DNA of 64,000 nucleotides from Malacoraja senta (lineage: Eukaryota), in assembly GCA_038087875.1 (NCBI GenBank), contig JAXLNO010000599.1:1-64000 (forward strand), written 5' to 3'. Shown here in pieces: positions 24,063-37,791 of this stretch. The translations under genes were made by a program, and so were the position numbers. Within the stretch, counting starts at the first letter, position 1; every line of letters starts with the position of its first letter. The notes under the pieces were generated by a model, which worked only from the letters and a program-made list of their open reading frames with translations, was not told where the DNA came from and made no database searches.

Positions 24063-26649
24063 GACAAGTTGCCCAAATTGCCCATACTGACCAACATGTC
24101 TTAGGGCTAACGGAATCAAGGGATATGGGGGGGAAAGCAGGAACGGGGTACTGATTTTGGATGATCAGCCATGATCATATTGAATGGCGGTGCTGGCTGG
24201 AAGGGCCGAATGGCCTACTCCTGCACCTATTGTCTACGTTTGACAGATGGAAAGACAAAGAAGAGAGATGAAAAGGAGACAAAGGGTGATGGAGGAGAAG
24301 GAGACAACAAAGAGTGTCAGATAAGGAGAGAAAAGGAATGAAAGAGGAGTGAAATGTAAAGGCAGGGATATAGGTGCAAGGGGGAGAGCGGGCAGTTCCT
24401 GTGTCTTCCTCTGTCATAGGTTCTCTATAACTGTTGTGTGGACCATCTATATCCTCGCCGATTCTTAGAATTATTTTGGCAGAATGAGTGCAAGGTTACA
24501 CTAGAAACCGTGAACACATTTACTGTATTTATCACGTTGCAATCAGAGAAATCGTTTCTTAATATCAGTTAGCAAAATAAAGAAACACATGGAAATAAAT
24601 CAGATAAAAATACAACTCGGGAAAGGGGAAACAAAAATTAGATGCACAGCGCTACAAGAGGTAGAAGACCAAAGGAATGCTGAGTAAAATCAAAATGTAA
24701 AAATAGGAGAAAACTGGAAGCATTAAAGAACAGGAAAATCATTACAAAAATGAACAACAAAAATCCAGGAATCAGATGGATGCAGGAATTCTGGCACTTT
24801 GGGAAGATTCATTATGTGAAGGAATTGGCCTTATTTCTCAGCAGCTGCAGTCATTTCTGGTTCCATGTGGCACCCGAAGTCAGGATGACTGTGTTGATGG
24901 GAGGAATGGGGACATCCTGATTTGATTCACCTGCGGAGGCATGTGGCATTCCACCACAAAGAGCAATCTAACTGAGAACAAATAAGACTCATCCAGTGGG
25001 GAAAAATGAATGTTGAATGACGGCAGATCTCACCTCTGTGAATGGAAATCTGTCTTTCCTTGTTTCAACAACAACTCTGTAATATAAAAGTTACTGCACA
25101 TATCTCCTTTAAATGTTGCTCCTCTGTGATGACACGTCCTTCCTAAAGTCCACTCCAATCCCTGTCACAGGCAGACAGGCGTGAAGGAGCAGAATAACTA
25201 ACTGCCTGGCTGCTGGAAAACATCAGCACTCTGCACTGAAAGGTTCTGACTGTCCAACTAATCAGTCAAACTTCATTAAATCAATAAAGAAAGTGTCAGG
25301 CAATGGAAAATCTATCAAGTTACTGCTTTCCCTCAAAATTATAACTTAGTTACAGTTAGCCAATAGTGCAGACCAAATAATGTATTTTCAAACTGTTGAG
25401 AAAAGGAAGAGAAATTAGGAACGGCTTTTACCTATCCACACTTCAATTGCCAATAATGTATGCATTCCAGCACAGATTGCAATACATTTGAAACCTCTCT
25501 GATACATTCATTAAAATTGATTTTGCGGACAATACTCTTACCTTGCCGGGAATATTTATGAACCAAAGGAAATCCTTGATTGCAGCATGTGAACTAAGTT
25601 AGATCATAATGGAAATGGTTAGAAAGAAAATGTTGTTACTTTGATGATAATTTGTGCCTGGTGCAGGAGCCAAAAATGAATACTCTAGTGACTCAACTAA
25701 AGAACAATGTAATGATTATTAAGGCAATATATGGTCCATGAATTGCGAGGACCCAAATTATTGTGTCAGACATCACATCCAAAGTTAGAAAAATAATTCG
25801 GTTCAGTTTTAGTTTATTGTCACGTCTACTGAGGTACAGTGAAAAGTTTTTGTTGCATGTTAATTCGTCAATCAAACTACTTATTAAAAGCAGTGGTTTA
25901 TTTGCAAGTCACTAAAACAATCTACATACATTTCACTTGCACTTTATGTGCAATGTGACGAATAAAACCGTATTGTATTGTATTGTATTGTATATTGACA
26001 TTTTAAAGTACAGGACTCTACAAAATAGCTGTTCCAATGTGATATTGTTAGATTGTTATAAAATGACCCACCTCATGATCCTTCTGCTTAATAGACACAC
26101 TGATATGCAAAGAACAGTCTGTCCTTGCTTAAGGATATAATCTTTTTTAAATTACACCCTGATGTCAGGATTCTATCCTTGGTGCTGCCATAAATGGATT
26201 TGCTGATTCTGGGGCCTACATTGTTGGATTGTGATCTAATAATTGGATGAAGAAACTGGTTGAAATTCTTGATTCCAAACAAAGTGATTTATTGTGGATT
26301 TGTGCATAATTCAGCTAATTCCTAGTGGGAATGTGAGAAGCGAAGTGATGAGTTTGTCTTGCACCACCATCCAACATACACCTACACCATAACTCGCTGA
26401 AACCCATACTTCATCGTGTGCATAGCATTGTAATGAACAAGCAGAATGTCACTTGCTAAGCTTTTCTTTCATTTTGCATATGTACATACTTTTTTCCATG
26501 CTCCATATCAATTTTACATTCCTTTTGTAACACAATGGTGTGAACAAATTACACGATCCATAGATGATCACATATAAGTCTGCACCATTCCTAGGAATAA
26601 TATTAGCTTTGCTACAATTACAGGGTGTGACATATCAAAGGTGGCCTTT

Positions 26650-29340
26650 ATAGACAATAGACAATAGGTGCAAGAGAAGGCCATTCGGCCCTTTGAGCCA
26701 GCACCGCCATTCAATGTGATCATGGCTGATCATCCCCAATCAGTACCCCGTTCCTGCCTTCTCCCCATATCCCCTGACTCCGCTATCTTTAAGACCCCTA
26801 TCTAGCTCTCTCTTGAAAGTATCCAGAGAACCGGCCTCCACCGCCCTCTGAGGCAGCGAATTCCACAGACTCACAACTCTCTGTGTGAAAAAGTGTTTCC
26901 TCGTCTCCGTTCTAAATGGCTTACCCCTTATTCTTAAACTGTGGTCCCTGGTTCTGGACTCCCCCAACATCGGGAACAAGTTTCCTGCCTCTAGCGTGTC
27001 CAAACGCTTAATAATCTTATATGTTTCAATAAGATTCCCTCTCATCCTTCTAAACTCCAGAGTATACAAGCCCAGCCGCTCCATTCTATCAGCATATGAC
27101 AGTCCCGCCATCCCGGGAATTAACCTTGTAAACCTATGCTGCACTCCCTCAATAGCAAGAATGTCCATCCTCAAATTAGGGGACCAAAACTGCACACAAT
27201 ACTCCAGGTATGGTCTCACTAGGGCCCTATACAACTGCAGAAGGACCTCTTTGCTCCTATACTCAACTCCTCTTGTTATGAAGGCCAACATGCCATTCGC
27301 TTTCTTCACTGCCTGCTGTACCTGCATGCTTACTTTCATTGACTGATGAACAAGGACCCCCAGATCCTGTTGTACTTCCCTTTTTCCCCAATTTGACACC
27401 ATTAGATAATAATCTGCCCTCCTGTTTTTGCGACCAAAGTGGATAACCTTACATTTATCCACATTAAACTGCATCTGCCATGCATCTGCCCACTCACCCA
27501 ACCTGTCCAAGTCACCCTGCATTCTCATAGCATCCTCCTCCCAGTTCTCACTGCCACCCAGCTTTGTGTCATCTGCAAATTTGCTAATGTTACTTTGAAT
27601 CCCTTCATCTATTCATCCCTTGATGTATATTGTAAATAGCAGCGGTCCCAGCACCGAGCCGTACGGTACCCCACTAGCCACTGCCTGCCATTCTGATAGG
27701 GACCCGTTCATCTCTACTCTTTGTTTCTTGTCTGCCAACCAATTTTCTTTCCATGTCAGCACTCTACCCCGAATACCATGTGCCCTAATTTTGCCCACTA
27801 ATCTCCTATGTGGGACCTTATCAAATGCTTTCTGAAAGTCCAGGTACACTACATCTACTAGCTCTCCCTTGTCCATTTTCCTAGTTACATCCTCAAAAAA
27901 TTCCAGAAGATTAGTCAAACATGATTTCCCTTTCGGACTCGGACCGATCCTATTACTGCTATCCAAATGTGCCGCTATTTCATCTTTTATAATTGACTCC
28001 AGCATCTTCCCCACCACTGATGTCAGGCTAACTGGCCTATAATTCCCTCTTTCCGACCTTTCTTAAAAAGTGGGATAACATTAGCTACCCTCCAATCCAC
28101 AGGAACTGATCCTGAATCTATAGAACATTGGAAAATGATTACCAATGTGTCCACGATTTCTAGAGCCACTTCCTTAAGTACCCTGGGATGCAGACCATCA
28201 GGCCCTGGGGATTTATCAGCCTTCAGTCCCATCAGTCTACCCAACACTATTTCCTGCCTAATGTGGATTTCCTTCAGTTCCTCCGTCACCCCAGATCCTC
28301 TGGCCACTAGTACATCAGGAAGATTGATTGTGTCCTCCTTAGTGAAGACGGATCCAAAGTACCTGTTCAACTCATCTGCCATTTCCTTGTTCCCCATAAT
28401 AAATTCACCATTTTCAGTCTCCAAGCGTCCAACTTTGGTCTTAACTAATTTTTTCCTCTTCACATACCTAAAGAAGCTTTTACTATCCTCCTTTATATTC
28501 TTGGCTACCTTACCTTCGTACCTCATCTTTTCTCCCCTTATTGCCTTTTTAGTTATCTTCTGTTGCTCTTTAAACATTACCCAATCCTCTTGCTTCCCGC
28601 TCATCTTTGCTACGTTGTATTTCTTCTCTTTTATTTTTATACTATCCCTGACGTCCCTTGTTAGCCACGGTCGTCCCTTACTCCCCTTGGAATCTTTCTT
28701 TCTCTTTGGAATGAACTGATCCTGAACCTTCTGTATTATTCCCAGAAATACCTGCCATTGTTGTTCCACTGTCATCCCTGCTAATGTATCTTTCCAGTCA
28801 ACTTTGGCCAGCTTCTCCCTCATGGCTCCATAGTCCCCTTTATTCAACTGTAATACTGACACCTCCGATTTACCCTTCTCCCTCTCCAATTGTAAATTAA
28901 ACTTGACCATATTATGGTTACTACCTCTTAATGGCTCCTTAACCTCAAGTTTCTTTATCAAATCCGGTTCATTACATAACACTAAATCCAGAATTGCCTT
29001 CTCCCTGGTAGGCTCCAATACAAGCTGCTCTAAGCAACGGAGGCACTCCACAAACTCCCTTTCTTGGGGTCCAGTACCAACCTGATTTTCCCAGTCTAGC
29101 TGCATGTTGAAATCTCCCATAACAACCGTAGCATTACCTTTACTACATGCCAATTTTAACCCCTGATTCAACTTGCACCCTATATCCAGACTACTGTTTG
29201 GGGGCCTGTAGATAAGTCCCATTAGGGTCTTTTTACCCTCACAATTCCTTAGTTCTATCCATATTGACTCCACATCTCCTGTTTCAATGTCACCCCTTGC
29301 AAGGGACTGGATTTAATTCCTCACTAACAGAGCTACCCCA
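26650..29340 (-). mobile_element. CR1 LINE, most of ORF2 with frameshifts and deletions
   Basis: ORFs 28023-29273, 27613-28017 and 26740-27528 carry YRPP, MGDFN, GPDGLHPRVL and DFQKAFDKVPH. (TAGACAA)n tail at 26650-26667. Confidence 0.93.
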
Positions 29341-29626
29341 CTCACCAACAGAGCTACCCTTTACTTTCTCCTTCACTAATTGGAAGTCTTTGACATCAAC
29401 CTTCACACTAAACTACACTATTTCTCATTTCAAAATGTGCATTTGCTTTGCTTCTTCTTTGCATTATTCTCATGTGAACCTTTGAATTATTTCTCTAAAT
29501 TCAATCAAATTTCTTCTTCTGTGCTCATGGCAATCAACAGTTCAACTTGGTAGTGCAAGTTTTGATCCACTCCTTGCAAGATTTCGATCATGATCTGGAA
29601 AAATTTAGTTTTAGAGATGCAATGTG

Positions 29627-29930
29627 TTGGTATGTCCCATTTGCGTATTTGTTTCTCTCTTTTTCCTTTTTCTCTTTCTCTTTCTTTTCTAGGGTCTATT
29701 TCTTAACTCTTGTTTTTAATTTTGTTCTTATAGGGTCTTCGTCCTTTTTTGTTGTCACATTTTCTACACTCTCACTTTTTCCTTCACTTTCTTCTTTCTT
29801 TCAATCTTTTCCTTTTACTAGTGTAAAAAACAAATGGAGTACATTAATTGTAAGAAGACATAAGTGACGAGTACTAATGTATGTGGTTGTAATGTAATGT
29901 ACTTCTAATAAATAAATTAAAAACAAAAAA
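29627..29930 (+). mobile_element. L1 3' UTR plus poly-A fragment flanked by a 142-bp direct duplication
   Basis: Shares TTTTCTAGGGTCTATTTTC and GTACTTCTAA + A-tail with the L1 3' UTR at 56190-56442. Flanks 29485-29626 and 29931-30072 match. Confidence 0.85.
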
Positions 29931-30639
29931 AATTATTTCTCTAAATTCAATCAAATTTCTTCTTCTGTGCTCATGGCAATCAACAGTTCAACTTGGTAGT
30001 GCAAGTTTTGATCCACTCCTTGCAAGATTTCAATCATGATCTGGAAAAATTTAGTTTTAGAGATGCAATGTGGTAACAGGCACCACCCATTGATCACCCA
30101 TACACTAGTTCTATATTACACACTAGAGGCATTTTTTTTTTACAGAATGTTGGTGGTACGGGCATGTTGGACCAATGTGCCTGTTTCCATGCAATATGAC
30201 TCTATAACTCTATAGTAATACTTTCTATGGATCATTCTAATCAGTTAGCATTGTTGTCTATTGAATTGCTTTCATTATTTATATTCTAATTGGTATTGCA
30301 CATTTTGTATTCACAGCCCCAGCTGCATTCCTCCTACATTTCACAGTAAGAAACCAAGTGACTCAGGAAACAGTTTGCACTGAAAAGAAATCTGGCACAA
30401 ATCCAGGTTCAATCATGTCATGTACTCAGCTGGGAAATAATGCGGGCAAAGACTCACTCTGTTACGCATTTTAAAAGGACAATGTGTATGCAAATAATTT
30501 CCAGTCATTGCAAGTTCTGAAGTTAAAGTGTTGCTCAAGAAACAGAGTAATCAGGAGAAAGGAATGTTATTGCGGTATGATTACTTTCCCAGTAAGTTCC
30601 ATTGTCATTTCCAGGAATTTGTAATTGAGTAATGGAGTC

Positions 30640-30952
30640 ATAGAATCATAAAGTCTTACAGCATGGAAACAGGCCCTTTGGCCCAATTTTCCCATGTTGA
30701 CCAAGATATTCTAAGCTAATCCCACCTGCCTGCATTTGGTTTATAATCCTCTAAACTTTTCTTATCCATTTACCTGTCAAAGTTTCTTTTGAATCCTTTC
30801 ATAGTACCTGTCTCAACTACCTCCTCTGGCAGTTCATTCCTTACATCCACCACCCTCTGTGTGGAAAAAGTTGCCTTCAGGTTCCTATTAACTCTTTCCT
30901 CTCTCACCTTAAACCTATGTCCTCCGGTTCTTGATTCTCCCAGTCTGGGTAT
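30640..30952 (-). mobile_element. CR1 3' end fragment
   Basis: Homologous to 47570-47870. Confidence 0.75.
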
Positions 30953-32339
30953 TCGTGGAGTTTTAATTAAATTAAATCAGGATGTAAACCACACCATGCG
31001 ATTTCCGTGTTATGGACATGTGAATAGCCAAACATGATCTCACCCCCTATTTCCTCTGAAAGTAAATATTTAGACGTTCTGAGTATGTAGCAGCAAAAGT
31101 AAATAAGTGATACTGATTACTGAAATATGCCATTGGAAAGGTTTCATGCAGCACATGACATTCCCAATAATTTGGTTAAATAGACCTTGACCTTTTTAAT
31201 ATTGGAGATAAAGTGCTGGAGGGTAGGATGTGTTATTTTACTGAAAATGATATTAGTTTGTAGTTCCAATTAAATATAATCCAATTAAAGCAATGCATTA
31301 TCAAGTACATTAATTAAAATAAGTCAACCAATTGCAATTTGATCATAACATGGCTATATAGGATTATAGGAGTCAATTATTAATAAGGATTATCTTTTTT
31401 TTACAATCTTCTCAGATTGAACTTTTGGATTTTAAAATTCTCCCTGGTAAAAACCCTAAAACATTATCCAGTCATAAGATTTCTTGAAATCACTGGATCA
31501 TTATAATTCTTCTCACATTTAGCTCAATGGATTTTTTTGCAGCTGCTCACGGAGATAGCACCAAGTGTATCTGTTTTTTTTCTCTCTCATTTCCTCTTAA
31601 ACAGAGTTTTAAATGAATTCTTAACAGATGATCTAAAAATGTGTCAAAACCACAAACTGCTTTAAATATTTTTATCAAAACAGACCACTCTCTGCTTCAA
31701 TCTTCAGTCAGGCACCGACAAATAAAATTGGCAGCTGATGATTTGATCAGAAGACGGATCCAGAATTTTGCTTCCACTACACACAGCAGATATATTATAT
31801 ACATACAATCTGGTGTTAGCTGTGTAGTGTAGATACAGAGAAGAATGACATTCCACTTGAGGACTGTGTAGTGCCAAATAGGTGCAGACTGCCATCACTG
31901 CCCCGCACTGCATCAATGAAGATACAAGTCGGCATCATTCTGAGACAATTATCCTCAAAAAGCACAAGGGAGTTTTGGAATTTCCCCAGAAATCCATGAT
32001 ATCCAAGTCAGGACAGAGAATGAGCCGTTGGTGAAAACCAATTCTATAATAGTTTTCATATCATGTTACTTAACTCCTATCACATCTGTCATGAAACTCC
32101 CCAAATATTTTCTGTGGATCTTCAGTTTTTTGATTAGTATCACATTTTTATCAGATTTTTGTTTAAGGATATAAGAAGTAGGAGAAGGCAATCCAGCCCA
32201 TTGAGACTGACATTCATCAAGATCAAGGCTAACTTTCTACCTTTGTGTCATTTTCCTGCACGATCCTCAAATCCTTTGTTTCCTTTAATGCCCAGATATC
32301 TATCAATCTCTATTTTTAGTGAAATTAATTAGTGGGCTT

Positions 32340-32990
32340 TACTTACTTACTTACTTACTTTTTATTACAGACTCAAGGTCCAGTTAAAGGAGAAGACATT
32401 ACATAGAATAAATTGCATACAAAAGCACAATAAATTACATACAAAAGCACAATACATGGTTTAAGATCAAGAATAACAAAAGTCAGTGTCCGACAATGAG
32501 ACAACTATACCAATGTCTCCACAGCTGGGATTGGTAGCATGTAGTGCTAAACCTTATGTTTGATAAGACCAAGATGATTTCATTTTCAGAGTCATTAATC
32601 CGGCAAATAAATTTATGCATAAGATTTCTTAAGACAGTTTGTAAAGTATTGACTCCTGCAGCCCCAAACATTTCACTTGCACTATACCATCTAGGTCTCT
32701 TAAGCAATATTCTCATGGCATCATTATAAGCTACTTTAAGTCTCTGTAAGCTTCCTTTTCTGTAGTTTGACCACAGGTGTGCAGTATAGAGTGGTGTACA
32801 ATATGCTCTGAACAGAGACAACTTCACTTCATCTGTACACACACTAAACTTGTGTAAGAGAATGTTTGCTTGTGCATACATCTTATGGCATTGCCTATAA
32901 ATATCCTCATCATCTGTCATTTGTTCTATAATAAAATTTCCAAAATATTTTACCTTATTACAGACACTAAGATTATTATCAGACAATTTC
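32340..32990 (-). mobile_element. 5'-truncated non-LTR element, probably RTE-X-like, with an (AAGT)n tail
   Basis: VKYFG, LFRAYCTPLYTAHLW, LKVAYNDAMRILL and SASEMF form a post-RT domain. (ACTT)n at 32341-32359. Confidence 0.6.
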
Positions 32991-33165
32991 ACAGGCCTCT
33001 AGGTAAAATATTCAAAATATTCATTACTCACTAAGCGAAAAAATTTCTCCACATCTCAATCCCATACAGTCATTCCCTTATTCTGACAACGTGACCCTCA
33101 GTTCTAGATTCCTCAGCCTGGGGAAATAGTCCTCCCTGTATCCAACCTGTCAAGGTTTGTAACAT

Positions 33166-33340
33166 GAAGTTAACACAAAATGCTGGAGTAACTCAGCGGG
33201 ACAGGCAGCATCTCTGAAGAAGGGTTTCGACCCGAAACATCACCCATTCCTTCTCTCCAGAGATGCTGCCTGTCCCGCTGAGTTATTCCAGCATTTTGTG
33301 TCAACCTTCAATTTAAACCAGCATCTGCAGTTCTTTCCTA
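33166..33340 (+). mobile_element. Foldback Penelope pLTR insert with a hammerhead-like core in the loop
   Basis: 43-bp inverted arms (33173-33215 / 33258-33300, 1 mismatch) and 15-bp TSD CAAGGTTTGTAACAT (33151-33165, 33341-33355). Confidence 0.85.
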
Positions 33341-35093
33341 CAAGGTTTGTAACATTTTGTAAGTATGAATAAGATCTACTCTTTCTTCTATGGAGAAGCG
33401 TGGAGAGGTTTCAAGAGGATAGAGTCTCTGAAGAAGAAAGTGTTGTTTCTGTTATAGCAATCCCATCATAATTTATGTCTTTGTGTGTTGACTGAGTCCA
33501 TGTGCCTGTGATGCTGAACAGGCAAGATTTTCATCATACCTCACCATACTTGTGCATAGAATAATGAATTGATCGACCGAATGAATCTTTGCTGCATTCC
33601 CTGAAGAAAAGATCATCCCTTCTTGGGTGAGGAGACCAAAACTGTACATAATACAAAAGTGTGGTATTGTCAATGCTTTAAGCATATGCAATGAGATTTC
33701 CCTACTCCTGTATTAAAAACATCTCGCAAGAAAGGCTAACATATCCGCTGTAGTGGCTATTTGGCTTAACTTAGTATGTTATAAATTATGGCATTTGCCT
33801 TTAAATTTTGTCTGCCTGTAATTATGTGGGTGGGATTTATTACCTAGTCAGAGGTGTGTTTGCTGCTGGGATTCTTGCGCAGAACTTGTAGTTTTTTAGT
33901 TTAGTTCGGAAGAAGCATGGAGGGATGGCATAGCTTTCGACCATGTCAGGGCTTTCTACCATTTCGGAGGCACATGCCGGAGTTTGACTACGAGTAAGAT
34001 TAAAATGTATTTAAACAAGAAGAGGTTTGGATGAATATTTCACTGTTTTACTTTGACAATAAAGAAACTATTAATCAAGAGTGTGTTTTGAAGATTTATC
34101 TTTGGACGGCTTTGAATGTCTCCTGGAGAGCTCTCATGCATAACAACGCTATCTCCTTACCTCCCTTGTCTTCAACATGGTGGCTAGAGGGAAAAATTCC
34201 TTGAACGATATAATAATCTGCCACTATATCGAGTCAAAAGCTACCTTACAGACAGGAGGTAGAAGAATTAGTCCCAAAGAAGAGGGGCAGAAGATTGGGC
34301 TGAATCTCTGGAAGGAGATTACTGCCAGAAGAATTAGTTCCAGAAGAGGAACTGAAGAAAATAGATCTCAGCCAGTGATTGACTTCGAGATTTATTGCGA
34401 CTTATCTAAGGGGGTAAAACTTCACCACAAAATCATGAGTAGAACAGCTATTATACTATGTTGTGAATTTGAAAGCTGGAAAGCTTTAATTTAGAACTGC
34501 TTCTGTCGAGTCTGTAAAAAGTATTAGAAGCAAGTTCTGCTAAGTTTTGGAAAGCTGCCAAGATGTGAGAGGGTGACTGAAGATCCAGGCGCCTGGTCTT
34601 GGTTTGTTTTGAAGTGGAGATGACACATTCTTTCTGAACTGAAATCACTTCTATACTTTGAAAATATTTTGGATGTTGTCTGAAAGTCCAGTTTGTTTTA
34701 GTTTCTTATCTGGTGTTTTGGAACATTCAGACTAATGTTTAGCAATAAAGACTGAAGCAAAATGAAGCCCCTGTTTGTCCAATTAGCAGATTTGGCAATC
34801 TGCCAAGACCTGTTTAAATCCATGGAGCAAGATGGATCAGGTGAGTTCAGAAGAGCCACAAGGTGGCGAAGAGAGGCCAAGATGTGAGATGAGAAATGTC
34901 AAGCTCAGCCAAAGACAAGCAGCTTACCTGGAAAGATGCTAGAACGAGGGAAACTCGATATGGGATCAAGTTAACGAATCAATTGAAAGCTACAGAGAAC
35001 TCATGTATCTAGAAGAAGCAGATAAGGCCCCCTAAGGCCCAAGTTGCCTACCTGAAAGAAACCCAGAAGGAGAGAAACAAGTTATGGAGGAAG

Positions 35094-36579
35094 ATGGTGA
35101 AGTTGTTTGTTTTCCAGAAGAAACAAATGGAATCAGATGAGAACGTGAACAAAGTGCAATCTAATCTGGGCCAACTATTCAGCTTCGGTAAAGAGGTTGG
35201 AGACAAGCATAAAGAACTGCTGGGTTCACAGCCGCCTCAGGAAGAACGCGAAAGATATATCCAGTGGTTCAAAGAAAAGGTGAAGTTATTTGATGATTCT
35301 ATGGAAGATGCCAAGAGATGGTTAGCTGAAATTGAACAGAGGACCGCGTGTTTTAGAGAAGGAGATGCTACTCAGCAAGGCGTCGAAATCGGACAACTTA
35401 CTTATGACACAGTTGAAAGTGCGATGCAGCAAGGTGTTGAAATGGAAAAGGAGATTACACCACAAGATAGTATCTCGAATGTATCTACACGAAGATCAAG
35501 ACATAAATCTGGTTCTATAGCCAGGGCCTCTGCTCGAATGGAATATGAAGCTGATCTAGCCGCTCTCTCAATAGTAGCGGATGCGTTGGAGAAGAAACAT
35601 GAGATTGATCGACAAGAAGAACAGCTGAAAGTAGAGATGAGGCAACGAAAAGAACAGCTGGAACTAGCCACAAAGTTCGCGGTTGTCAAATCAAAGAAGG
35701 AGATAATGGAAAGTGAGGGTTCAGGATGCGGCTCTAAAGCATCTGATGGGATGAGCTCTTATTACAGAAAAGGAACCGCTCAAAAGGAAACAACAGCCAA
35801 ATCAAATCTGCAGCCAGAGGATATCCAGCCTCGTGACTCAGAACTAGCACGTAGCCAAAAGATGGACAAGACTTCATCTCAGCAACTGGGTGCTAGACCG
35901 AAGCAAAGTACTTATGGGGCGTCTGTCGAGGCTCGGGACAAACTAACAACTCAGTACGCTTTTCCAAAGCCTGATACACAGGCTCGAGCAAGCCAGTATG
36001 ATTATCAGAGGCCTGTCTATCATTCGTTTGCGCCAAGCCAAGGATCAGGATGGATTTTTTGAATTGGCGAGTAATCAGGCTGAATTCAACAGGCTCATAG
36101 CTCAACAAAATCTCTCTTTCACCGTACCACCAATAGAAATTCCTACATATAATGGTGATCCTTTGCGGTATGAAGCTTTCATGCGTTTGACAAAGTAGTA
36201 GAAATGAAAATTACCGGTGAAAAAGAGCGCTTACGATTTCTGGCGTATTACACAAGCGGAAGTGCTAAGGTACTAGTAGAAAGTTGTCTAAATGGGCCTG
36301 AAAGCCAAGGCTATCGAGAGGCAAGAAGGTTACTTAAAGAACGTTATGGTAACGAACAGAGGATTGCTAATGCATACATTAAGAAGGCCTATGCTTGGAA
36401 AGATATCAAGCCAGAAGATGTGGAGGCATTAAGTGAGTTGAGGTTGTAGTAGCTCGATGAAAAATCTCAACCACATGGAGGAGATGAATCTTGTTAGTAA
36501 TACTAGAGCCATCATTCTAAAACTGCCCAGATGACTTAGAGAAAAGTGGAGAGATAAAGCAGGCCAAATAATGGAAAAG
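35094..36579 (+). pseudogene. BEL/Pao gag remnant
   Basis: ITPQDSISNV, coiled-coil region, EIPTYNGDPLRY and RLRFLAYYTSG, with frameshifts and stops. Confidence 0.8.
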
Positions 36580-37093
36580 AATAGTAAGATTAAACGAGAA
36601 CTTACCTAAGTTTGAAGTTTGATCTTTATTTTATGAGGAGTTACGTAGGTGATTACGTGAAGAAGCCCGTCAGTGCGCCTGCGCATCAATCTTCAAAGCA
36701 GCGGTGTGAAATCACAAAAAACAAGAACCGAAGTAATATAGTCTCATACTAAAACGAGTAATACAAGAACTTCCATCTGACCTTTATGATAGAGGGTAGG
36801 GTCGTGGCGGGCACGTAATCACCTACGTAACTCCTCATAAAATAAAGATCAAACTTCAAACTTAGGTAAGTTCTCGTTTAATCTTACTATTTTACTTCGG
36901 AGTCACGTGAGTGACTACGTGAAGATTTTAAAGCTTTGTGATTTCATGCCGTGGATCAATCCCGGCTTCTCACTGCATAGATTGACTCGGAACGAGAATA
37001 ATCAATCATGCATTCATAATAACATTTGTACCACAAATGCAGTAATTCATTTCAAGAATGAAATGAATCAGATCCCCTTTAAACCAGAGGAAT

Positions 37094-37755
37094 TTACACA
37101 GAACTTAAAATAGTTTCTGCAAACAACCCCGCATTAACAATAGGCCGATGGTAAAAATGTTGAAACATCAACTCATTGGACCACCCGGCGGCTGCGAGGA
37201 TATGGTCGACGGGCCCGTCTTTTGCCCTGGCCGCCGACATTTCTGCTGCGCTAGTCGAGTGAGACGTAAAAACATAAGTGTTAATACCAGCAGCTGTTAA
37301 GACTTCTTTTATCCATCTGGAAATAGTCTGTATTGAAACTCTCTTGTGTGGTTTCTTGTGTGTGATCAAAAACCCAGTTTCCGTATTCTCAAATTCTTTG
37401 TGACCTCAATGTATTGTAATCAATATGTCTTAATACAGAGACATGGATCATTTGGATATGCTGCCAGCATAATTTTAAATCCTGTCACACCTGGCCTAAT
37501 TTGCTTTAGTAGGTCATAGATATAGAATGTAACCTTGTCTTCAGTTACTTCCATACTGTCTATTTGTAATTTTCCAAGTGTTTGCACTCGTTGTGCTGTC
37601 ACTCATGCCATAAACATGAATACTTTCATACTGAGCTTGACCAAAGGTAAAGACACACTTGATGACCATCACGAAGTAGTTTCAGTACCACACTTACATC
37701 CCAGATTGTCACGTACCTAGGTTTCGGTGGTTTGGAATTAAAGATTCCTTTATTA
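37094..37755 (-). pseudogene. DIRS tyrosine recombinase remnant
   Basis: PPKPRY..WDV, TAQRVQTL, TISRWIK, FTSHST and ILAAAGWS...FQHFYHRP. Confidence 0.85.
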
Positions 37756-37791
37756 TCATGGAACTTTTCGTGACCTGTTGTCTGCTATCGT

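Noticed and set aside
29500..29592. Minus-strand exon (IMIEILQGVDQ...) inside the 142-bp duplication
   Set aside because: An acceptor-like site is present, but the frame closes after 29 codons and no partner exons or homology are recognisable.
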